A stretch of 20,000 nucleotides of DNA from an uncultured virus (IMG/VR IMGVR_UViG_3300043908_006005) (Duplodnaviria; Heunggongvirae; Uroviricota; Caudoviricetes). A program made the translations under genes and the position numbers. The notes beneath the pieces are model-generated. The model was given only the letters and a program-made list of their open reading frames with translations, searched no databases and had not been told where the DNA came from. The stretch lies in the IMG/VR virus record IMGVR_UViG_3300043908_006005; one strand, written 5' to 3'. Positions 7,306 to 18,100 of this stretch are shown in pieces. The number at the start of each line of letters is the position of its first letter. Positions within the stretch are counted from its first letter, which is position 1.

Positions 7306-10300
7306 TTATAACAATAGGTCTTCTTCGTTATACCCAGTGTGTTCTGGTGGTCCAGGTATATAAAGGCTCATAAAACTCTCAGATATAACAGAGTATAGCG
7401 AGTTTTTATAAACAGTATTGAAAACGCTTTCCATTGCAGATTTTGAACATATTTGGTTAGAGAACATTATTTCGTCTATGGCCCATGAATCCCCATAGGT
7501 TTCCCCGAGGAATCCTGTAGAGGAGCCGCCAAGCCCATGCTCGTTATATCCAAGCATCAAGTTTTTAGTTGTGGAACTTTGCAGGTTTCCTTGCCATTTT
7601 TGACTTAAAACAGTAGATGCGTCTGAAACATTAATGAAAAGCTGTGACTGAGAAGAAAAGATGGGCGCCTTGACGTATCTAAAGTATGAACGTTTATCTT
7701 CCGCGTTTATCCAATACATGACAAAATACCATTTTCCTGTTTCAGGAGAAAATCCTTCTAACTCTATTGTGTTCTGGCGAGAACCGTCATCAACATTTGC
7801 ATAGAAAACTATGTCAGTATGCTCGCTGCTATTTGTTTTAAATATTCCCCAGTCTCCATTAATTCCGCTTATTGAAGGATTAGTGTTGTTCAAAGAAGAT
7901 TTTGTAATTATACCCTCCGGTATCGCGTCTGCTGGAGGGGATGATGTGTATTCAGATATGCGTTTAATCCAAAAGGAAACAGCTATTCCTTCGCCCGAGC
8001 TATCAAAGAAGTAGTTTGAAACAGCAGTGTCCGTAGCACATGCGGAGGAAAAAGTTATAGCGTTTTGCCCCCCCATATAGCCATGGTTGCGGCAGTAAAA
8101 ACTTACTGTGCCAAAGTCTTCTGTAACAGTAATTACTATAGGGCCATAATAGAAGTCATATTCTGCATCGTTGTCTGAACCGGTTACAGACATGGTAGAC
8201 TTGTAGGCTACATCACCAGTATACTGTATATTGGCATTACCGTAATTAAGTATGGCTATTGGGTGTGAGGCATTATTGTTTACTAGGGTGTATGTCCCTA
8301 CGCCTAATCCATACTGAAGGGAACTATCATAGCTTGAGCCATCATTGAAAACAAGTTTGTTCCCGGCAGAATCAATGACATTGACTACAGAAGTTGTTGA
8401 TAAGCATTCTATGTTGGAAGCGACAGGATTGCTGTCGAAAGGAATAGAAGCTAAATTTGGGTTTGATGATGTAGAGCCGTTTGGAAACAAGATGGCTTTG
8501 TTGCCTTGAGCTCTATCTTGTGTGTATGCCATGGTTCCAGAAACAGACCAATTGGTGGAGGAGGAAGAGCTGTCATTTAAATTGTCTTCAAGTAAATATT
8601 TTGGTTTTACTGCGGAGCTATCCTCTGTGTTTGGAGAGAGGAATCCAAAACACTTAGATTCTCCAGGAAGATATAATGTTGGGTTGTATCCATTGAAGGG
8701 TATGGACGGCTCGTCTACAATATCCTGTATATCAGGGCATATACCTAAGTCTCCTCTGCAACCGCCTATTATTAGGTCTGAAGAAAGGGTTGCTCCTTTT
8801 GCAACGGTAAACAAAGTCTGAAGACCCGACCTATTAAATATGTCAATTTTTCCAGAAACATATAACTTAGCTGTACTCTCGGTAGGTATGCTATTAATAT
8901 ATAACGGCATAGTATTCGTGACTTCAACTGGACCGCCCGTAATAAGAGGCATGGTGTCAGTACCAATGCCTTGCGTTTTTGTGAAAAGCCTCATAATGTT
9001 AAAAGTCAAATTTCCTCCTCCCGGATGACCAGAGACAAACAGGCTTCTAATAGCCTCGCTCTCTTTCTCTGCCGGAATAAAGAGGGTGGCATGTATGCTA
9101 GGGGGACTTATCCATTCAAACGGACCCATATCAACTAGGTTATTAAAGATTCTGGGAGAATTTGTTATATCTTTTGCGGGTGTAGATATATTATCTAGCC
9201 CAGCGTCAATACCGTCAGAGTCATTTTTTAATCTAAAGTTGGCTAAAGCTAGCTCGTTTATGTCGTTGCTTCGAACCGGATTTACCCAAATATCCTGTGA
9301 TAACCTTTGGGTTAAATGTGTAGCGAGGTTATCTCCGTTTGCAAGAGCGCTAGCGTCACTGGACATATTATTGGTTGTTGTAATTGTACCGGTGCCGCCG
9401 GAAGAGAAAATATAATCTTGACCTTCGGCGTCAGCCGCTATGCAATTTTGTATAAGAACCGTTCCCCCTCCAGTGTCACCAGGAACAGACGTATTATAAA
9501 CAGAAAATCCACTTCCAAGCTGGTCGTAAGAAGCGCAATTAACGCAAGAAACTCCAACAATTGCTCCTCCTTGCATATTGCTTCCGCCAAGCTTAAAACC
9601 CCAGTCTGGTCCAGAATTTTCATTTTGCGTTAAATTTCCAATAGAAAGACAATTTGTAAATATATTCCCATCGCTGCTTATCGTACTGTTCTCAGCACAA
9701 CATTCAAAAGATACGGCTTCTCCTGCAGCAGCCATGCATGAGTCTACCTGAACATTTGATGCGACGTTAGTGTCTATCTTAATAGTAGATGTGGTTGCAA
9801 TTTGTTCTAATCTAAAAAAACTAACACCTAGATTAACAACCCCTGGTTCAAATCCTCCAATCAAGACAGCACGGCTCAACTCTCCCTCATGCCTTGAGTT
9901 TTCAGACGCATAAAGCCTTGGATAATTATTTACGTCCGGTGTCGAAGCCCAATCAGAAACATTTAGCGTGCCGAAGCTTTGAAATGAGCTGGAGGTGTAT
10001 TTGCGAACTTCTGCCCATTGTGATGCGTGAGTCTGGTCTCCGGCATAATCTTCCCAAGATTGATATGATGTAAAGTCTTGAGCGACACCATCAATTGGAA
10101 GTCCTATTGTGCTTATTTGTAGTCTTGAATCTCTGTAGTTTGGTATTCCATCACCATCGTCATCACCTATTCCTTCAGAAGAATCAAGAAGAGAATCTCC
10201 ATCGCTATCCGTGTCTAAATAGTCTGGAGTTCCATCCCCATCCGTGTCAATAGGAAGCCCTGTTTGTGGGTCTATTATACCCTCTATAGAATCTGGTATT

Positions 10301-13300
10301 GTATCATTGTCACTGTCAGGGTCTAGCCTATTTGGTATTCCGTCGCCATCAGTGTCTGCTGAACCCTCTATTGCGTCTGGTATTCCGTCGTTGTCACTGT
10401 CTGTGTCTAAATAATCCGGAACGCCATCCTCATCGGTGTCTGTCAAGCCTTCATCTAAATCTGATATTGTGTCGTTATCACTGTCTGTGTCTAAATAGTC
10501 AGGTGTTCCGTCCTGGTCTGTATCTCCACCGCCTTCAACTGAATCGGGTATTCCGTCTTGGTCGCTGTCATGAGGACCGCCATCTCCAAGTCCTGGGTCA
10601 TCATTTCCTCCGCCTCCACCTCTTGCTTCTGATATCAAAAATGCAGATTCATGTATTAGGGGGATTGTATTTGCTTCTTCTGTTGTGTCCGAGCTTTGAG
10701 ACCAAGTGATTGCGGGAAATTCCCCAGAAGATATTTTTGATTGTAATGTTGTTGGCGGAGATGTTGGTCCGGTGAAAAATACAGACAATCCAAAGCCATA
10801 CGCGTTTCCTTCATTAGTCCCATCGTAATGCCTACCGCTTGAACCCCATTTATTAAATATTGTGTTTTCACTGTAAACAGGATTTCCATCCGAATCATGC
10901 TCTACGTACTCTTGTATATTATAATAATTTGCTTGCGGTGCAGCGCCAATGGAGGTGATAAAAATCCTATCATCCATATCGTACGGAACCTTCCATGTTA
11001 GAGTTCCGTGGCAGGCAAGTTTAAATTTGTATTCTTCGTAACTTTCTTGGCTTGTTCCTCCATGCGGTGGAGGGTCCATAGCAGCAAACTCTTCGTAAGA
11101 CATAAAAGGCGCAACTTGATATGTCATTCCTTCAGTAATTAAGTTGTCTGGATTATATCCGTATACTATTACTTGCCCCAACAAATTAGGCTGTACGGCG
11201 TAGCTGCCCACATCCGGTCCAGCGCCTGGATTAGTATGCGTGGGTTGTTCTAGAGAGGCGGATGTTTTTTGGAATGCTATTAGTTTTTGAGAATGAGTTC
11301 TTCCTGGCTGTAATTTTGAAATGTCAAGAGCGCTCGAATTAAGAGGGTCTATATTCTCATTTGGAGGATATTTAAGTCTTCCTATTCTTGGGTCCAAAGA
11401 AAATGGGCTTGGGTCCGTTCCAAACTGGCCAAACGATGCTTGCCCTTGAGTGGGATACACGCTATTTTTTATGCTCTCATACTCAGGTAGTAAGTAGCAA
11501 GGACCACCTCCATAAAGAAAATGAAAAACATACACGCCTCCCCTCTTTAAACAAAGAGAACCTTGTTGCCATGAATGAGCTGGAAACCTTTCCATTTGTG
11601 GAGAAAAATTAGGATACCCGTGTATATAATCAATAGCTGTTGTATTATTCTGCTCAGTTGATGACCAACTTATTCCTCTAACGTACTTAGAAGGTTCTAA
11701 CCTTAATGGCACAGATTGATATTCTGGAAAGTCAGAAATAAAGTGTGCTCTAGTAAACGGCGCACGGTTTCCATATCTATCTCTAGATTGAGATTTAGTA
11801 ATCTTCTTAAAAGGTTCAGACCGAGTACGGACATAATCAAGAGTCCAAAACTCACTTTCTTTGTATGGATGAGTTCTGTTTAATGGCTCATCCTCATGAA
11901 ATAAAGAGTCAACCAATCTTCTGTTAATGTCTGTGGTTCCTAAGCCATCAGATATATTTGTGGGTGCTGTGGGATAAACTCCCTCAGGATTCATAGCAAA
12001 ACCGGTGCCGTAGGTATGAATAGCGGAAAATATATTTCTGGGATAAAAACCAGCGATTGCATTTCCGCCTGGAACTGCTCCAAAACCAGACAGAATTGTT
12101 TCCTCTCCAGGAGGGAACTGACTAGCATAATCACCTAGCCCAAAATCTTGTCGAGGCTTCCAGAGGTTGGCCGCTGTATTAGATGCATTCGCAGTAGTAT
12201 GGTCTCTGATTCCCCATCCAGGCTTGTCTGAATTTGGCTCAATACCTGCGCTAAAAACATTAAGCATCAGCATAGGCCAATCGTCAAGATAAGTGAGTTC
12301 CCATTGCCAGTTCGATAGAGAAGCCCCAAGAATCACTGTTCCCCCCTGGTGTCCTCTAATTCCATCAAAATAATCAGATTCAGCACGATATGGACCAACT
12401 CTATTATCATAAGAGCCTTGTATGAGCTTATCGTCTGTAGGAGCATCAGGGGAGTTATATCTAGATATATTTGTGCGGACTCCATGTATATCTTTTGGTT
12501 CATCCCAGTTTGCCAAATCTCTATTAGAGTCTCCCCTCAAATACAAAACTTTAGGAGCATCGGTTGGAACGTCAAATATTATTGTTCCGTAATATCCTTC
12601 TCCTGGAGTATTATTGACTAAGATTTTGTCAACGCCTGTTGTGTATTCGTATGTAGAGTCATATGTAGATTTTGGAGAGGTTTGAAAGAATGCGTCAGAA
12701 TGCTCAAACCCTTGATACAAATAATCTGTCCACTCAGAGTCTTTAACTAAATGTATCTTGTATCTTCTGCCTTTTTGCAGCTCTGGATAAAGACTGTAAC
12801 CCCCTAAAGGTTCTGCTCCAAATATTTCATTGCCTTGCAATCCTATGGGTGCCTTTTTATCATAAACAATCTCCATTGAAAATGAAGTAAATATTGGAAA
12901 AACGCTGGCGTGCTGAACAATTCTTCCGTCATCATCATATATGGTTTCTTTAGGCCTCCAGATTAATGTTTCTACTCCAAACTGAATCGGTCCAGCATTT
13001 GGTCCAAAATTTGGGTTAGACCCATACTGGTCTTTAAAGTCCTCTCTAAGAAAATATCTTCTCTCTACGCCATCTACAGTTTCTAGTCTAGCAATGTTGG
13101 TTTTATTGAAATCAACAGCTTCGGCACCAGCAACTGCAGTATCAGGCACATGGGTTCCCTGAAGGTTTACCCATTGGTTTTTTATAATCTGAGGGCTAGA
13201 CAAAACAGTTCCGTCTTCATTTAAAGACAGTCGTGATTCATATTGCGCTGAACCTATATCGCCAACAGTGTCAGTTCCAGAAAGCAAATCAGCCTTATAA

Positions 13301-15135
13301 ATAACGCCATCTTGAACTATAACAAAAGTAGTTTGCTTTGGCCAATATCTTTCTGGATTAGACATGTTCGCATCAACATGCCAATTTTGGCGATAGTCAC
13401 TAACACCGTCAACTGGCGGGTATAAATCTGTCCCAGCAAGTCCTGTGGTAAACTTGCTTTTTGGTGAGTACATTCTAGGATGATTATCATAAGTGTACGC
13501 ATTCATGCCGTGTGCAGGATAATTGTTTCCGTCATCACCATTATAGTTCGGACCTGGATTATACAGCCATGGACCCCATCCTTGAGTTGGAATCTGAGTC
13601 TTCAAATCAAAGTATATTTTTTTGATTCTTCCTTTTTCAGGCCACCAAATTTGAAGTCCAGAATTTGGACCGGTGGTGCCATTGTTGTTCAAAGATGATG
13701 TGGGAACTGTAATATAGGACCAAATAACCTGATTTGAATTTGGTGAGGTGGTAGAGTTTCGGACGTCATTATATGAATAAAAATGCCCTTTGGCTTCGGG
13801 AAAATCAGGGATGTCTGGGCCGCTTGGATTGTATTCGTATTGAGAACGATATTTATTTTCTCCACCGTCAGTTCCAGGAATTGCTTTTGCCTTCCAACCA
13901 TGGATTGCGCTGGTGTTGGGATATGTATTGTTGAAAAAATACCAGTTCGGATTTCCGTCCAAAAAATGTTTGTTTGCTAAAAATTGTACGATAGGTGCAC
14001 CAATGGGTTGATTGGTACCATTCCATGAGCTGATTGTAGAGGCGAACTCATATTGGCCTGCGTGGTAATTTCCTCTCAAAAGGTTTTTGCTTGTGGTTCC
14101 ATTATAATCATTATCATAAGTTTCATTCGACTGGAGTGTGTCATATTCTGGGTCTTTAAACTTTATAACAAGTGGTCCGTCAGTATGGTCGATGATGTCT
14201 GTTGGCGGAGCAGTCGGGCTCGTGGTGTCATCTGGGTCCAAGTAGTCAGGAACTCCATCTCCGTCGCTGTCGGCTGTAGAAAACACCTGAACCTTAAGAC
14301 TGTAAAACGTGTGAGATGTTGTGTACTCATCGAGAGGCAGAGAAACTGAACCGGTAGACCAGTTGTCGGTGTCAGATATTCCGCAAGAAATTCTTCTAAA
14401 TCCAAATTTGATTTCTCCGCCAGCAGAAGAGAAGTCTGGGTTGGAGCCATCCGAAGCAACAAAGTCTGATGCGGTAAGATTGCACGATATGGTTTTCTTG
14501 CTTTCTCCACCGCTTATTGCAAAATTGTCTTTGCTGAAAAACTCTGTAGGGGTTACACCTCTTGTAGATGGTATTGGGTATGTATCAGTGAGGACTGTGT
14601 TTTGAACCCAATCGTTATTCTCTTGATTATAATCAATAAGCTTTCCGTATCCAGAGCTAGAAATGCCTTCTTCTCGTGGAATTGGGCATGGATTTCCATG
14701 AACAAATATCTTGCCTCCCTGCTCAAGTATAGGGGAGCCATATATTTCAGTAACACCGTAATGGTTAATAGCTATAAATGACTCTGACCATGACAGTGAA
14801 TGTATGGCCCCTTCTGTGCTGGGATTATATCTAGAGCCAGCAGGCTCTATTATGAAATATTGGTCAACCGCAGGCTGGTCGGCGGAAGAGTTGTACACTC
14901 CTGGCTTAGTGATGGTAAATGTATCTTTCCATATTACATTTGGCCCGCCGTCTACGTCAGGAAATAGTATGTGGCCTATGGCCGCATCTGAACTTCCTTG
15001 GTTTCTGCTGCCGACAGCGTGATTTATTTCGTGATATCCAAATCTCCACTCAGCTCCAGATAAATTATTTTTAGTCAAAGTGTGTTGGACGGGAGAACCG
15101 CCCGGCTTTGTTAAATAAAATCCATAACTAGACAT
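7306..15135 (-). CDS. Giant multidomain adhesin-like virion protein (2609 aa): Ca-binding DxDxDG repeats, beta-helix/choice-of-anchor-Q-like region, LamG-like domain with inserted cupredoxin-like module
   Basis: Strong SD AAAGGAGG; ATG overlaps the upstream gene end by 8 nt (ATGTCTAG). No signal peptide. Motifs seen: 10+1 DxDxD(G) repeats; NFRL..SDGIDAG...D...PR....[14 protein letters not shown]...GKWYFV...LMLG...IDEIMF (LamG-like); HP...[10 protein letters not shown]. Confidence 0.8.
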   Translation of the reverse strand: MSSYGFYLTKPGGSPVQHTLTKNNLSGAEWRFGYHEINHAVGSRNQGSSDAAIGHILFPDVDGGPNVIWKDTFTITKPGVYNSSADQPAVDQYFIIEPAGSRYNPSTEGAIHSLSWSESFIAINHYGVTEIYGSPILEQGGKIFVHGNPCPIPREEGISSSGYGKLIDYNQENNDWVQNTVLTDTYPIPSTRGVTPTEFFSKDNFAISGGESKKTISCNLTASDFVASDGSNPDFSSAGGEIKFGFRRISCGISDTDNWSTGSVSLPLDEYTTSHTFYSLKVQVFSTADSDGDGVPDYLDPDDTTSPTAPPTDIIDHTDGPLVIKFKDPEYDTLQSNETYDNDYNGTTSKNLLRGNYHAGQYEFASTISSWNGTNQPIGAPIVQFLANKHFLDGNPNWYFFNNTYPNTSAIHGWKAKAIPGTDGGENKYRSQYEYNPSGPDIPDFPEAKGHFYSYNDVRNSTTSPNSNQVIWSYITVPTSSLNNNGTTGPNSGLQIWWPEKGRIKKIYFDLKTQIPTQGWGPWLYNPGPNYNGDDGNNYPAHGMNAYTYDNHPRMYSPKSKFTTGLAGTDLYPPVDGVSDYRQNWHVDANMSNPERYWPKQTTFVIVQDGVIYKADLLSGTDTVGDIGSAQYESRLSLNEDGTVLSSPQIIKNQWVNLQGTHVPDTAVAGAEAVDFNKTNIARLETVDGVERRYFLREDFKDQYGSNPNFGPNAGPIQFGVETLIWRPKETIYDDDGRIVQHASVFPIFTSFSMEIVYDKKAPIGLQGNEIFGAEPLGGYSLYPELQKGRRYKIHLVKDSEWTDYLYQGFEHSDAFFQTSPKSTYDSTYEYTTGVDKILVNNTPGEGYYGTIIFDVPTDAPKVLYLRGDSNRDLANWDEPKDIHGVRTNISRYNSPDAPTDDKLIQGSYDNRVGPYRAESDYFDGIRGHQGGTVILGASLSNWQWELTYLDDWPMLMLNVFSAGIEPNSDKPGWGIRDHTTANASNTAANLWKPRQDFGLGDYASQFPPGEETILSGFGAVPGGNAIAGFYPRNIFSAIHTYGTGFAMNPEGVYPTAPTNISDGLGTTDINRRLVDSLFHEDEPLNRTHPYKESEFWTLDYVRTRSEPFKKITKSQSRDRYGNRAPFTRAHFISDFPEYQSVPLRLEPSKYVRGISWSSTEQNNTTAIDYIHGYPNFSPQMERFPAHSWQQGSLCLKRGGVYVFHFLYGGGPCYLLPEYESIKNSVYPTQGQASFGQFGTDPSPFSLDPRIGRLKYPPNENIDPLNSSALDISKLQPGRTHSQKLIAFQKTSASLEQPTHTNPGAGPDVGSYAVQPNLLGQVIVYGYNPDNLITEGMTYQVAPFMSYEEFAAMDPPPHGGTSQESYEEYKFKLACHGTLTWKVPYDMDDRIFITSIGAAPQANYYNIQEYVEHDSDGNPVYSENTIFNKWGSSGRHYDGTNEGNAYGFGLSVFFTGPTSPPTTLQSKISSGEFPAITWSQSSDTTEEANTIPLIHESAFLISEARGGGGGNDDPGLGDGGPHDSDQDGIPDSVEGGGDTDQDGTPDYLDTDSDNDTISDLDEGLTDTDEDGVPDYLDTDSDNDGIPDAIEGSADTDGDGIPNRLDPDSDNDTIPDSIEGIIDPQTGLPIDTDGDGTPDYLDTDSDGDSLLDSSEGIGDDDGDGIPNYRDSRLQISTIGLPIDGVAQDFTSYQSWEDYAGDQTHASQWAEVRKYTSSSFQSFGTLNVSDWASTPDVNNYPRLYASENSRHEGELSRAVLIGGFEPGVVNLGVSFFRLEQIATTSTIKIDTNVASNVQVDSCMAAAGEAVSFECCAENSTISSDGNIFTNCLSIGNLTQNENSGPDWGFKLGGSNMQGGAIVGVSCVNCASYDQLGSGFSVYNTSVPGDTGGGTVLIQNCIAADAEGQDYIFSSGGTGTITTTNNMSSDASALANGDNLATHLTQRLSQDIWVNPVRSNDINELALANFRLKNDSDGIDAGLDNISTPAKDITNSPRIFNNLVDMGPFEWISPPSIHATLFIPAEKESEAIRSLFVSGHPGGGNLTFNIMRLFTKTQGIGTDTMPLITGGPVEVTNTMPLYINSIPTESTAKLYVSGKIDIFNRSGLQTLFTVAKGATLSSDLIIGGCRGDLGICPDIQDIVDEPSIPFNGYNPTLYLPGESKCFGFLSPNTEDSSAVKPKYLLEDNLNDSSSSSTNWSVSGTMAYTQDRAQGNKAILFPNGSTSSNPNLASIPFDSNPVASNIECLSTTSVVNVIDSAGNKLVFNDGSSYDSSLQYGLGVGTYTLVNNNASHPIAILNYGNANIQYTGDVAYKSTMSVTGSDNDAEYDFYYGPIVITVTEDFGTVSFYCRNHGYMGGQNAITFSSACATDTAVSNYFFDSSGEGIAVSFWIKRISEYTSSPPADAIPEGIITKSSLNNTNPSISGINGDWGIFKTNSSEHTDIVFYANVDDGSRQNTIELEGFSPETGKWYFVMYWINAEDKRSYFRYVKAPIFSSQSQLFINVSDASTVLSQKWQGNLQSSTTKNLMLGYNEHGLGGSSTGFLGETYGDSWAIDEIMFSNQICSKSAMESVFNTVYKNSLYSVISESFMSLYIPGPPEHTGYNEEDLLL
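7410..8600 (-). other. LamG/concanavalin-A-like domain, interrupted by an insertion
   Basis: [11 protein letters not shown]...[10 protein letters not shown] (N-part), then [54 protein letters not shown] follow the Laminin_G_3 pattern. Boundaries approximate. Confidence 0.7.
8038..8406 (-). other. Cupredoxin-like module with an intact type-1 copper ligand set
   Basis: Residues C2244-C2366 of the 2609-aa protein. H2291 (SHPI) plus C2348-x2-H2351-x2-M2354 ([10 protein letters not shown]). Confidence 0.65.
8660..9093 (-). repeat. Short degenerate protein repeats, x-x-L-[FYI]-[ITVL]-x-[GAST]
   Basis: [63 protein letters not shown], and one more (MSLYIPG) near the C-terminus. Confidence 0.6.
9112..10117 (-). 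other. Putative right-handed beta-helix (pectin-lyase-like) domain ending in a choice-of-anchor-Q-like motif
   Basis: Asn/Cys ladder-like rungs ([31 protein letters not shown]) and terminal [14 protein letters not shown]...DITNSPR...VDMGPFEW at 9112-9240. Confidence 0.6.
10129..10569 (-). repeat. Thrombospondin type-3-like calcium-binding repeats (10 DxDxD[G/T/S] motifs)
   Basis: [56 protein letters not shown]...[12 protein letters not shown]; five units of about 28 aa. Confidence 0.9.
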
Positions 15136-18100
15136 CTTCCCCTCCTTTCTCTGGTTTATATAATCCTTCAGGTATAGTTGGGTAATATTGATTTGCGGTC
15201 AGCCATCTATTGTTTCGTGAGCTATAATTGCTGTAACCCTGAATGTTTTGCCAATCAGCGGTTTTTAATTGGCTTTCCACTCCAACTTTAAAGTCTTTAA
15301 CACTAAAATTAATATTCTTAGCATCACGAAAATCATAGCCAGTTGTTAATTTCCAGTTAATAAAAGCAACAAGAAAACCAAAATAAAACCTTCCGCCAAT
15401 ATCCCAGCTTGGCTGCATTTTGCCGTAGGAGCTTCCCCATCTTAGCCTACCAAGGGCTAATGGCCAAAAAGTATGAACACCAGCAGTTCCACCACCACCG
15501 CCACTGCCGAGTGATGAATCAAATCCAGGTCCGTATAAAACTCTCTGTGCTGACCTGGGAATTGTGCTGGTGTATGTTCTCAGTTTTTTCTTGCCATAAT
15601 ATCTGTGTATTTTTTGAGTGGTCGCTCCTGTAGCGCTTGTATTAATTGCTCCTGGGTGCATAAATCCGTATTCTTCCCAATTATCTTTAGTTGTGCCTAT
15701 ATTGTCTCCATAATGGTGCCACGTTTGTCTCCACTGGTCCAAAAGATTATATGTTCCCGTTAAACTTGAACTATAGCCAGGCAAGTAGCAGAAGTCTGGA
15801 GTTGGCGTCGCATTATTTTCTCCCTGACCCACATAAACAACAGGCACAAAAACAAGAGAATTATGGTGATTAGAACTTGAATTATTATTAACCACTATGT
15901 CTGCAGAAAAGTCTAGTGCGGTTAAAGGCCCTGTTTCGCTTGGGTCATAATAAAAATCTTTGTTCCACAAAAAAGCGTAGCAGCTTTTACCAAGACCGCT
16001 GCTTGGGCCTCCTGAAGTGTTAGTCATTTCTATATCAATAGAGTTGTTAGAAAAACCAACAGAAACCAAAGCGTCTTGGTTGTAAAACATAAAATTTGAA
16101 TGTCGTAGAGGATTAGCTCCGTAGGCGGGAATATCATGCCCCCAATTTTCGCTAAGCGTTCCTCCGCTGTGTCCGGTCAATGGCTCTGGCACGGGAGCTT
16201 CAATATGGTTTACGTGTGTTTCTGGATAAAGAGGCGGTGTGTTTGGAGCATCGTCAATGTCGTGGTCGCCATCTTTTACGTGATATTTAAATACATGCGG
16301 GAAAGACTTGTACTTTCCATATCCAACATCTTTGTATCTATAGTCTTTCGCCCATCTAATTTTTTCTGAGCCAAGGCCGTCTTCGGTTCTTTGTGAATCG
16401 TAAAGCCATATTGTCTTATGAACTGTATTAGAGCCAACGTCTGTATCGGGATTGTCCAAATAGTCTGGAACCCCATCGTTATCAGAATCTCCGGTTCCTT
16501 CATCAATATCTAGAAGACCATCATTATCACTGTCTGTATCAATTCTATTAGGAAATCCGTCATGGTCTGTATCTATATTTCCCTCAACACTATCAGGAAT
16601 ATTATCAGCGTCACTATCAGTTTCTTGGTAATCAGGAATTCCGTCAAAGTCAGAGTCTCCGGTTTCGGACTCTTTTCTATCAGATATACCATCGTCATCG
16701 CTGTCTAACTCCAGGTAATCTGGAGTTCCATCCGAGTCTGTGTCTGTTGGAACCATGGATGATTGGTTTACAGTTCCTCCGCCCTCAGCAGAGTCGGGTA
16801 TCCCGTCATTATCGCTATCTCTATCTAAATAATCTTTTATTCCGTCTGAGTCGCTATCAAGAGTTGTTCCTTCTACGCTGTCTGGAATACCGTCGTAATC
16901 CGAGTCATCTAAATCAAAACCTATGCTGTCTTTAATTACAAAGAAGGCTTCTGGAAAAGGTAGGTCGTTTGTGTCTGGATTCTGGTTGTCATATGTTCCT
17001 TGACCTGCTCCACCCGGAACATCTGCTATATTTATAATGTCTGAGGCGTCTGATGAGCCGTCTGTTCTATTGTGTATTTTTAACTGAGATTCTGATTCAT
17101 CAGCAGGAACGTGCCACACCAAAGTTCCGCTAGAAGCCATGCAGTCTCTCATCAAGTCTGAGAATTTGCTCCTATCAGTATACACATCATCAGGGATGTA
17201 AATTCCCTTGCCTACGTGATGCTTAATATATCTTTCTACAATGCCTCTATTGGAGTCTGTGTTTGGGCTTCTTATGTAGTCAAGAATGTCTTCGTGTTTG
17301 CCGTTATTTATTTCGTCTAGTGGAGGAGAATAATATGTCATATTGGTTGTATATTCAGACCCTCCTGTAGTTCTAAATGAAAATTGACTGATTACATGAG
17401 TTCTAGCTGAAAACGGGCCTTGCGTAACAGAATATCCATTCATCCACGATGGTCCACAAGGAGCATTAACCCCTCCAGCAAAATGAAAAACATATGTGTG
17501 GCCTCTGTAAACGGTTATGTTTTGAGTTCCTATTGGCTGCGGAGAATCTGTTGGTGGGGACGACATCCCGCTTGGGGTTTCAAATACCTGTTTGCCAATT
17601 TGAAATTGTCTTAATGTATTGGGGGATTGATTGTTGTATGTGCTTGGATTATAATATCCAATTGGCGTTATGCTAGAGCCAGAATCAAGGCTTGTGGGGT
17701 CTAGAACTGAAATGTCATAATTTCTATTTATTGTATCAGAAATCTGAACAACAAAGGTTCCTCCTCCATCTTTGACAACCCCTGGTCCTCCGCTAGATGT
17801 GTCATAGCCAAATATATTTTTATTATATCCTCTTTTCATTTCAGAAAAAGGCTCAAGAGAAGATGTATAGCCAGTTTTTTCAGTAGTCATAGAGCCCTGT
17901 CTTTTTACCTGAAAATAAGCTTTTTCTGTATTAGAGGTAAACCAGGACGTATTGTATGTATAGTCAGAAAGACCGTCTGAAATTCTTTCGCCCCTTGAGT
18001 TTTTAGGCTCTCTAGGCAAGGCTAAATCTCTGTATGTATTGCCTCTGACATATAAAACTGATGGTGCGTCTGAAGGAACAGTAAAAACAATTGTTCCAGT

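Noticed and set aside
8068..8074. G7 homopolymer (coding strand) next to the copper motif as a phase-variation switch
   Set aside because: Only 7 nt and explained by ATG-GGG-GGG (Met-Gly-Gly). The frame is intact and there is no evidence of slippage without reads.
11005..11020. Possible heme-binding motif near LACHG
   Set aside because: Only CH is present, not CxxCH. The CxxC motifs in the 1..775 protein are also not followed by His.
15128..15200. Programmed frameshift fusing gp1165 and gp2609 into one protein of about 3770 aa
   Set aside because: The downstream frame is open about 21 codons upstream of its ATG, but there is no clear slippery heptamer. A strong SD (AAAGGAGG) and the 8-nt overlap fit translational coupling better.
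10129..16906. CRISPR array or DGR template/variable repeat pair suggested by the repeated DNA
   Set aside because: The repeats are in-frame, codon-degenerate protein repeats with no constant repeat-spacer structure. I saw no near-identical pair differing only at adenines, and there is no reverse transcriptase in the window.
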